From: Candidatus Bathyarchaeota archaeon
GTDB taxonomy: Archaea > Thermoproteota > Bathyarchaeia > Bathyarchaeales > Bathycorpusculaceae
Reading direction: 5' to 3'
NCBI GenBank assembly: GCA_963811105.1
Contig: CAWEPZ010000008.1
Span: 32,001-96,000, forward strand
DNA length: 64,000 nt
The notes beneath the pieces are model-generated. The model saw only the letters and a program-made list of their open reading frames with translations, made no database searches and was not told where the DNA came from. The position numbers were made by a program, and so were the translations under genes. Every line of letters begins with the position of its first letter. Positions within the stretch are counted from its first letter, which is position 1. This document shows positions 32,918-41,487 of the stretch, piece by piece.

Positions 32918-35482
32918 TTGACAAGAACAAAAAATGTAAAAAACACTACTAAATTCGAACGCTCAATCAAAGCAATATCTCCAGTCATCGCAACTCTACT
33001 AATGATTGCTATCGCAGTCGTTGCCTCGCTAGTCGTCTACGCTTGGGTAACAGGCTACATGGGCAACACAACATCCAAAGCTGGAAAAGCCATACAAATC
33101 CAAAGCTTCGCTTCCCAAGGTGGCAACTTGGTTATCTACGTGCAAAACGTAGGCCAAGGAGACGTAGAACTCAATAGAGACCAAAGCGTCTACGTAAACA
33201 GCAACTTGATACCTCTCAGATCAACCACTGCAGGCAAAAATTCCAATAGTAGCAGGTCAAACTGTAGAATTGCTGACTGACTTTGCTATACACTGCAGGC
33301 ACCAAGGTCAACATCAAAGTAACCACAACCGACGGCACTTTCATGACAGCAACAGGCACAGGTGGCTCAAGCAATCCAACAACCCCAGCAACTACGTATC
33401 CTGTTAGTTTTGTGTTGGGTGCTGGTGGTTAATCGATGAATCCAGTCGGTTCTCAAACTGTTGGTGGAACTATTGCGATAACGGCAACAGAAACTACCGG
33501 GCATCACTTTACTTTTTGGAGTAGCAGTACAGGCTCTATCACTTTTGGCGATGATAACTTAGCTTCAACAAGTGCCACAATCAACGGTGCAGGTACAATA
33601 ACAGCAAACTTTGCAGCCGATACAGTTCAGTACTCTGTTACTTTTGCTAAGTTAGGTGATGCTAGTGCAGTAATTAGTCCACTAGCTGGAACGTACTCTT
33701 ATGATGCTGGTTCATCAGTTCCAATTACAGCTACTGCCTCTTCTGGGAATCACTTTACCTCTTGGAGTAGCAGTACAGGCTCTATCACTTTTGGCGATGA
33801 TAGCTTAGCTTCAACAAGTGCCACAATCAACGGTGCAGGTACAATAACAGCAAACTTTGCAGCCGATACAGTTCAGTACTCTGTTACTTTTGCTAAGTTA
33901 GGTGATGCTAGTGCAGTAATTAGTCCACTGGCTGGAACGTACTCTTATGATGCTGGTTCATCAGTTCCAATTACAGCTACTGCCTCTTCTGGGAATCACT
34001 TTACCTCTTGGAGCAAAACGGGGTCTATCACTTTTGGTGATGATAGCTTGGCTTCAACAAGTGCCACAATCAACGGTGCAGGTACAATAACAGCAAACTT
34101 TGCAGCAAACACACGTGTTAGGTACTGATGGTTTTTCAATGAATCCAACTGCTGGTTCTCATAATGTTGGTGGAGCTATTGCGATAACAGCAACGGCAAA
34201 TACAGATTTCCACTTTGCATCTTGGACTGGCACAGGCTCAATTACCTTCGCCGATGCTAACGCTGCATCTACTACGGCCACGGTTAATGGTGCGGGCTCG
34301 ATAACTGCAAACTTTGCAGCAAACACTGTTAATTATAATATTGTTGTCACTAATCCTGCTGGTTCTCATGGCACGATTGCTCCATCTGGTACTACTTCTT
34401 ATGCAGCTGGTGCTACTCCGAGCTTCACGATTACAGCAGATTCTGGTTATCACATTGCAAGCGTAACGACTAATGCTGGTGCGCAGGCTCTTACTTCGCC
34501 TTATGTTTTTCCAGCTCTAGCTGCTGATGGAACTTTAACCGCAACATTTGCGGCAAACATTGTTAGCTATAATATTGTTGTGACTCAAACTACCAATGGT
34601 GCAATTGATCCTTCTGGTACTACTTCTTATGCTGCTGGTGCTACTCCGAGCTTCACGATTACTCCTGCTGCTAATTATCACATTGCGACTATAGTGACTA
34701 ATGCTGGGTCTCAAACTGTTACTACACCTTCCGGTCAGGCTTATGTGTTTCCAGCTCTAGCTGCTGATGGAACTTTAACCGCAACATTTGCGGCAAACAC
34801 AGTTGTTGCTACAAAGTTAGTGTTTGCTGCAGGTTCTTCTCAGACTTTAACTGCCGGCGTTATTTCGCCAACTGCGATAATAGTCCAACGTCAAGATGCA
34901 TCCAATAATCCTGTTTCGACTGGCACTGCTCAAATTACCGTCACGTTGAGTACAGGTTCTTCAGGCGGCGTGTTCTATTCAACTGCCGGTGGTACAACTG
35001 CGATTACTTCGATTACTATCGCTGCAGGCTCGAGTAGTTCTGCTGGTTTCTATTACAAGGATACTGTTGCTGCTGCTCCAACATTAACTGGTGCTTCTTC
35101 TGGTTTGACTTCCGCTACCTCACAGTTCACGATTAACGCTGCGGCTGCTTCCAAGTTGGTTTTCACGGTGCATCCAGGAACGGTCCAACACAATGTAGTT
35201 TCGACAGTGTTTACTGTACAACGCCAAGATCAGTATGGAAATCCAACTACAACAGGAACTGCAACTGTAACCTTAGCGAGCGACGGCGGATCCCGAGGTC
35301 ACTTTTACTCTGATTCTGCGGGTCACAATGAGATAACCTCCACTATAACAATTGCTGCTGGATCTAATGCGTACAATTTCTATTATCAAGACACAACCAG
35401 CAGTCCTCCTCAGACACGAACGATCACTGCGACTTCATCTTCTTTAACGACGGCTTCGACAACGATTTCCGTTATCACATAG
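32918..35482 (+). CDS. Giant pilin-adhesin fusion 1 (pilin domain plus tandem beta-rich repeats), broken by several indels
   Basis: ERSIKA|ISPVIATLLMI pilin N-terminus; continuation VNIKVTTTDGTF at about 33307; ORFs 33436-34128 and 34100-35482 carry InlB-B-like and KLVF...QRQD..NP repeats. Confidence 0.75.
33517..34107 (+). repeat. Near-identical 246-bp (82-codon) intragenic tandem repeat, about 2.4 copies
   Basis: GTAGCAGTACAGGCTCTATCAC at 33521 and 33767; CCAATTACAGCTACTGCC at 33721 and 33967. Confidence 0.92.
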
Positions 35483-36332
35483 AAAATCTATTTTCCGTTC
35501 TTTTTTTTTGTAATTTATCTTTATAACATTTCAATCGTTTTTGTATGATACGTTCTGTGAAAGATTTTCAAATTATTATAGGTAAAATAAATCTTAAAAC
35601 GACTCGAATGAACCCACTTTAGGAAACCCGCCTTGAGATTTACTGGTGACTTAGGTCCATGGGTTCAAATTAGCTACCTGGTTTTTGTTAGTTTTTATAT
35701 TTTAAGTCTCCCTACATTCCTTTCTTTTTTTTGGAATTCAAAAAAGTAACATTGCCCATTAATAAAAAACAACTATCTTCACCGAGAAGAACTCTGGCTT
35801 TCTTACCTGATTCAAACTTGATAACAATTAAAGCCTTCCTTAAACATAAGCTTGCAACGGATTCCTCGGAGATATTTTTAGATGAAATATTAGTAAGAAC
35901 TCACAGGAAACTGAATTGTTGAGAATAGAGCAATATTTGCTGCTTATTAATAGTGGTTAAGGCTTCATTTAAATTATTTTTCCTAAATTCTTCATTTATT
36001 TAATGTTGAACAGACGTAAGATTAATTCACTAATATCACAAAGGTATTTGCATATAATAAGAAGTCTTATGAACAAAACTTTCAAGATAACGAAGTGTAA
36101 AAAAAGTGAAGTTGCAAGGAAACTCTTAGCCAAGGAGAAACAGAGGAGTTCCAGCAGAGTTTGGAATTTTGTGGTACCCTTCACATAAGATGGGCAATAA
36201 TAACCCCATATTAGTCAATTCCACCTCTCACCAAAAAATCTTTTAGAAAAAACAGACGAAGAAAGACAAAGAGTGCCTGTTAGCGATTCTGGCTTACAAG
36301 ATTACCTTTTACTTGCCTATTTAAGAATTCTC

Positions 36333-36364
36333 AATATAGAGTATTGCTTCATGGGTCTTAAATA
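36333..36364 (+). promoter_or_regulatory. Shared pilin promoter motif plus TATA box, copy 3
   Basis: AATATAGAGTATTGCTTCAT-N5-TTAAATA upstream of 36441. Confidence 0.7.
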
Positions 36365-36440
36365 TCCCTTCCAGCAAGAATAGCATATAATTTAACGCTA
36401 ATTTAACAATTGGACAAATGGTAAAGGAAGAAGAGAAGAA

Positions 36441-39236
36441 ATGAGAAAAATAACTAAATTTAAACGGTCAATTCGTGCAATATCTCCAGTAGTTGCAACT
36501 TTACTAATGATTGCCATTGCAGTTATTGCAGCACTGGTAGTTTATGCTTGGGTAACAGGCTACATGGGCAATACTACAAACAAAGCTGGAAATGCGATAC
36601 TAATCCAAAGTCTCACAACAGATCAGGATAATAAATTAGTTGCCTATGTTCAAAATGTTGGTCAAGGCGACGTAATTCTGGATTCTGGCTACGTAAACGG
36701 TGACTTAGCAGCTCAATCGTTAAGCATTTCATTAGCCAAAGAGGCCACAGTAGCCGTCTCCACAACTTACCTTGTGACATCGGATAACTCATTAACGATA
36801 AAAATAGTGGCCACTGATGGTACTTTCACTCAGTTTACAGGATCTCCTGATTTTGAAAACGGGCATGCAACCACTTATCCAGTAGTCTTTAATTTAGGTA
36901 CAGGCGGCGCTTCCATGGTTCCCTCAGGAACACATTCGTATACAGCAGGAACCCTGGTAGCAGTACACACATTAGCTTTGTCGAGTTATCAATTTTCATC
37001 CTGGACCAGCACAGGAAGCATCTCTTTTGATTCTACAACTTCGGCTTCCACAACTGCCCATATTGACGGAGTAGGAACTGTAACAGCTAATTTTGTTGCT
37101 GTGCAGCCATCTCAAAACTATCAAGTAACATTCAACTTGGGCCAAGGCGGATCGTCCATGACCCCAACGGGTACTAAAACATACTCTGGCGGTTCATCAG
37201 TGCCTCTTTCAGCAATAACTTTGTCGGGTTATCAGTTTTCATCCTGGACATGTACAGGCACAATTTCGTTTGACTCGGCAACTTCTGTCTCGACAGTAGC
37301 ACACGTAAACAGCGCAGGTTCAATCACCGCCAACTTCATAGCCACTCAACCCACACAGAACTACCAAGTGAGCTGGATCTTAGGCACCGGTGGATCTTCA
37401 ATGAACCCCACTGGAACCCAAATCTATGCGGGTGGTTCAATCGTGACAATTTCCGCGATTCCTACTTCAGGATACCAGTTCTCATATTGGGCCAGTTCAA
37501 CTACTGGGTTTATTTCATTTGGCTCAGTAACCTCAGCTATCACAACAGCACAAATTAGCGGCACCGGTTCTATTACAGCTAACTTTATTCAAATTCAAAC
37601 CGACCAAAACTATCAAGTAACATTCAGCACAGATGGCGGCGGAAGCACCTCAACTACAAACCCAACTGGAACTCAAACATACGCAGCTGGAACAATAGTT
37701 CCAGTAAGCGCCACTGCCGGTTCAGGCTACCAATTCTCATCTTGGAGCAGTACAGGGTCAATTTCCTTTGACGCTTCAACTTCAACTTCAACAAATGCTC
37801 TAATTAACGGAGAAGGATCAATCATTGCCAACTTCATAACCCCACAAACAAGCCAGAACTACCAGGTTACCTTCACATTAGGCACAGGTGGAACATCCAT
37901 GAACCCCACTGGCACTCAGACTTACGCAGGCGGCTCCGCTGTCCCAGTATCTGCGGTTGCAGCATCAGGATATCAATTCTCCTCTTGGATAAGCACAGGC
38001 TCGATATCATTTGACTCCACAACATCAAGCTCAACAATCGCCCACGTCAACAGTGCAGGTTCCATTACTGCTAATTTCGCTCCTATCGCAACAGGTCAAA
38101 ACTACCAAGTTACATTCGCCCTAGGCACGGGAGGGGCATCTATGAATCCATCCGGAACCCAGATTTATGCCGCAGGCTCAACAGTAGCTATCAGCGCGAC
38201 TTCCGCTTCTGGCTACAAGTTTTCTAGCTGGACGAGCTCAGGCAGCATCTCTTTCGATGGTGCAACCTTAGCGTCAACAAATGCTCATATAGGTAGCGAC
38301 GGCACGATAACAGCCAACTTTGCTGCAAGTCAACATATCATCACTGTCACTCAAGGTTCTAATGGTGTTATTGCTCCTGGAACAACTGCTGTAAACGAAG
38401 GTGCAAGTCAGACTTTCATCATAACCCCCAACAACGGCTATCATGTTCTCGACGTAACCGTGGACAGTTCATCGAAAGGCGCTGTTACCTCTTGGACCTT
38501 CAACAATGTCCAAGTAGATCACACTATAACTGCGAGCTTTGCAAGCGGTGCCTATCATACTATTACAACTTCTGCAGGCCCAAATGGGCAGATAAGTCCT
38601 TCAGGTTCAGTACAAGTTTTAGATGGTGCCAGCCAAACATTCACAATCACACCTAGCAACGGATACATAATCGCCAGTTTAATGGTTGACGGCGCTTCTG
38701 CAGGCTACGGACAATCATACACATTCACAAACGTAGTGGCAGACCACACTATAACCACTAGCTTCACGACCGGATCAACACTGATTAACACTGGCTACGA
38801 TGGAAATCCATGGGACAACAACTGGATGGCAGGCGGAAACCCACCATGGCGTGCAGCCACAGGTGAAGGCGTCTTAGGAAGCACTGCCGCAAAATCTGAT
38901 TCCATAGTTGGAGACTCCGGGCCATTTACTTCCAACTCTTTGAATACTCAAGGAGGAACAACTATCCGAATAACCTTCATGTATAAAGTACAAAACACAA
39001 ACTCTGCAAATGACCTCAAGATAGAATACTGCGCAACCAACTCCGGCACACTCCCTAACCTCAACCCTGGAAGCACTGACTTCACTACAATTGCAGGTAT
39101 AGGCCAAACCACTCCAAGTAACACTTGGACCGTAGGAAGCGTCACCTTTACGAGCACAGCAAATCCAACAGCATTCAGAACACACTTCTATTTCAGATTC
39201 GAGAGTACCCTCCAAACACACAGTGGTGCTTGCTGA
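36441..39236 (+). CDS. Giant pilin-adhesin fusion 2 (931+ aa)
   Basis: KRSIRA|ISPVVATLLMI; six roughly 80-aa YQVTF.LG.GG.SM.P.G...GYQFSSW...ITANF repeats, two HTIT...NG.I.P repeats, and a C-terminal jelly-roll-like domain whose WIDNV end lies just past an apparent frameshift. Confidence 0.85.
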   Translation: MRKITKFKRSIRAISPVVATLLMIAIAVIAALVVYAWVTGYMGNTTNKAGNAILIQSLTTDQDNKLVAYVQNVGQGDVILDSGYVNGDLAAQSLSISLAKEATVAVSTTYLVTSDNSLTIKIVATDGTFTQFTGSPDFENGHATTYPVVFNLGTGGASMVPSGTHSYTAGTLVAVHTLALSSYQFSSWTSTGSISFDSTTSASTTAHIDGVGTVTANFVAVQPSQNYQVTFNLGQGGSSMTPTGTKTYSGGSSVPLSAITLSGYQFSSWTCTGTISFDSATSVSTVAHVNSAGSITANFIATQPTQNYQVSWILGTGGSSMNPTGTQIYAGGSIVTISAIPTSGYQFSYWASSTTGFISFGSVTSAITTAQISGTGSITANFIQIQTDQNYQVTFSTDGGGSTSTTNPTGTQTYAAGTIVPVSATAGSGYQFSSWSSTGSISFDASTSTSTNALINGEGSIIANFITPQTSQNYQVTFTLGTGGTSMNPTGTQTYAGGSAVPVSAVAASGYQFSSWISTGSISFDSTTSSSTIAHVNSAGSITANFAPIATGQNYQVTFALGTGGASMNPSGTQIYAAGSTVAISATSASGYKFSSWTSSGSISFDGATLASTNAHIGSDGTITANFAASQHIITVTQGSNGVIAPGTTAVNEGASQTFIITPNNGYHVLDVTVDSSSKGAVTSWTFNNVQVDHTITASFASGAYHTITTSAGPNGQISPSGSVQVLDGASQTFTITPSNGYIIASLMVDGASAGYGQSYTFTNVVADHTITTSFTTGSTLINTGYDGNPWDNNWMAGGNPPWRAATGEGVLGSTAAKSDSIVGDSGPFTSNSLNTQGGTTIRITFMYKVQNTNSANDLKIEYCATNSGTLPNLNPGSTDFTTIAGIGQTTPSNTWTVGSVTFTSTANPTAFRTHFYFRFESTLQTHSGAC

Positions 39237-39377
39237 GAGCACATGGATCGACAATGTAATAATCACTACTGTCTTAGTCTGCAACAAGGGAAAAAATTCC
39301 CAACTCTCCCTTTGTTTCAAACATTTAAAGTCTTAAAAAATATACGAAAAAAATAAAACTATCAGGACAGATAAAAC

Positions 39378-40112
39378 ATGAAAACAAAAGTAACATCAAC
39401 AATAGTTCTTCTAAGCCTACTATCTATTGTCTTAACTCCATTAGTTTTAGGTCAAACTACCACAGTTGGAGTCAAACCCGGAGATACCTTCAACTATAGC
39501 TACAGAATCAATTGGGACTCAACCGATCCAACCGCTACTGTTCCAGCCCAATATGAAGACTTAAACAATACTCAATTCATACGAATTACTGTAATCACCG
39601 TTACAGGTTCGTTGATTAATGTAGACTTTACACGACACTTCAACAACGGCAGTGAACAAACACAAAATGGAAACATAGATGTCAATACACAGATTCTTGA
39701 AATCCCATACAGTGTATTAATAATACGGGCGGATGCAAACCCAGGAGAAAAGATTTATCCAGCCGGAGGACACGCAATCCTAAACGACACAGCAAAACGG
39801 ACCTATGAGATTGGTCAAGTCGATACCATTCGATATGTTTCGCCTGATACAGCCGGCGCTAACTCCGAAAAGACAGAAATTTATTACAGCCGAACAAACG
39901 ATGTAGGAGTCGAATATACATCTGTTAGCCAAGAGACGTCCGGATCAGCTGTCACAACAACCCGAGAAACAATGTTAATAAGCTCTTGGGTTATTCCAGA
40001 GTTTCCAGTCACAACAATTCTCGTGATTCTGCTGCTAGCTATTCCAATACTGATGATCGCATACAAGAAAAAGAGGCTTTCAAACCACAAATCTTCGGTT
40101 CCCCTTAAATAA
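39378..40112 (+). CDS. Secreted protein with PEF-CTERM-like sorting signal
   Basis: Signal peptide, VGVKPGD.F.Y, C-terminal IPEFP plus TM plus YKKKR. Confidence 0.7.
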   Translation: MKTKVTSTIVLLSLLSIVLTPLVLGQTTTVGVKPGDTFNYSYRINWDSTDPTATVPAQYEDLNNTQFIRITVITVTGSLINVDFTRHFNNGSEQTQNGNIDVNTQILEIPYSVLIIRADANPGEKIYPAGGHAILNDTAKRTYEIGQVDTIRYVSPDTAGANSEKTEIYYSRTNDVGVEYTSVSQETSGSAVTTTRETMLISSWVIPEFPVTTILVILLLAIPILMIAYKKKRLSNHKSSVPLK

Positions 40113-40155
40113 TAATCTCTATCTTTTTTGTGCAGTTAAAATCAGCCTTATATGA

Positions 40156-40401
40156 CTAGTAAGCTGTCGCTTTCATGTTTGCCCTATCCCACTGTCTCTT
40201 TTTATACAATATATAGCCGAAGAAGTATGCCGATCCAAAGATCAGGAATGCGCTATCTAAGAAGTTGGGGAAAGAAGGAAAATAAACCCAATGATCAAAG
40301 AATGTTGTGAACTTCAATGCGACTCCGACGGTTCCGAAGAAAAATGCGACCATCAATCCATTAATGAGAACTTCTTTCCAACTCACATTTGAAGCCTTCA
40401 C
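40156..40401 (-). CDS. Small two-TM hypothetical protein
   Basis: GGAGG upstream of a GTG start; two hydrophobic segments. Confidence 0.55.
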   Translation of the reverse strand: MKASNVSWKEVLINGLMVAFFFGTVGVALKFTTFFDHWVYFPSFPNFLDSAFLIFGSAYFFGYILYKKRQWDRANMKATAY

Positions 40402-40659
40402 TTTTTAACCTCCAACCAGTACGGCCCTAAACTTGTCACAAAAGACTTATAAAAACCATAGAATTCCCTCAATAAAAGCACATGTGGTTCATAGATCCAA
40501 TAAAAACTACTCCAAAAACTCTAGAAAATGTTTTTTGAGAAACTGCTGTCAGACAGTTAAATGTTCTAGAAAAGTGAAAAATAGCTTCATAAATCTTATA
40601 TTCTGTATAACCTATGGTTGCAGCAATCAAATCTGTTATCGATAAATGGAGACCAATTA

Positions 40660-40866
40660 ATGACAAAATGCCCAAAATGTGGAAAAGAAGTGCCCAAAAA
40701 AGGCTGGACAATGGCATGTAAACCTGACGAAACAGGAAAAAGAACTGATGTCACATTCGGCTTGTGCGAAGAATGCTCACTGATAGTAATAACTAGAATT
40801 GCGCAAATCCCAATAAGCTCTCCAGTTACATTTTCGCAAACTCACGATTTGCCACAAAAAAGCTAA
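40660..40866 (+). CDS. Cren7-like small zinc-knuckle chromatin protein (divergent)
   Basis: MTKCPKCGKEVPKKGWTMA.KPD.TGKR..V.FGL.E.C resembles the Cren7 K.W.L...IGLF pattern. Confidence 0.5.
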   Translation: MTKCPKCGKEVPKKGWTMACKPDETGKRTDVTFGLCEECSLIVITRIAQIPISSPVTFSQTHDLPQKS

Positions 40867-41079
40867 TATTATAATAGTATTTACTAAGCAAAAGACCAAA
40901 ATTTAATTTATCTTATGTGAAAACTTTCCATTTTGTTGAAATGCTAGGCGGATCGCGTTCTTTGTTGTCATGAAGTTTTTAATTCTGCACACAAGAATTA
41001 GAAAATTATCCATTGATCGTTACATTTTTTGAAAGCAGTAATAAATTCTGTAATTGTGAGTCTTAATTTTAGTGAGAAA

Positions 41080-41262
41080 TCATGCTTTGGCTTTGCATCC
41101 TTTGCTGAGGTAGCAGGCGAGACAGTTTTTTTCTTCTCCTGTGTTCCAGCAGATCTTTACAATTTTTGGAACTGGAACGTCTAACTCTTGTAATGATGTG
41201 GAAATCACTGGCATCTCTTGGAGTATTTCGATTTCTTGCGTTTTTCTGTTTGAGCGGGACAT
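41080..41262 (-). CDS. Small Cys-rich hypothetical protein
   Basis: 60 aa with CW......CLAC.....C. Confidence 0.4.
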   Translation of the reverse strand: MSRSNRKTQEIEILQEMPVISTSLQELDVPVPKIVKICWNTGEEKNCLACYLSKGCKAKA

Positions 41263-41487
41263 ATGCTATCTCTATTCGTGTGGTTTAGATATATATCTTG
41301 TGTTTCTTAAGACATGAGATTTGATAGCAGTATTACAAATTCACATTCAAAAAAGTCTGATAGTGATTGCAGGTTGCCAAAAACCACTTGACTAATTACG
41401 ACAACTCCAACTTTGGTCATTAAAAACCGATAAATTACTTTAACAAAAAAAATAAAAGAAAAGGAGGAACGGTTTTCTTGCTAATCA

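Noticed and set aside
35500-36330. Short ORFs or ncRNA between the two giant pilins
   Set aside because: No convincing protein motif, repeat or stable structure by eye; only a weak partial copy of the pilin promoter motif at 35922.
8504-39280. About ten frameshifted genes as programmed frameshifting, phase variation or mass pseudogenisation
   Set aside because: Most breaks are repaired by one base, mostly insertions at non-slippery sites, with intact motifs on both sides. This fits unpolished long-read error better. Read-level polishing would settle it.
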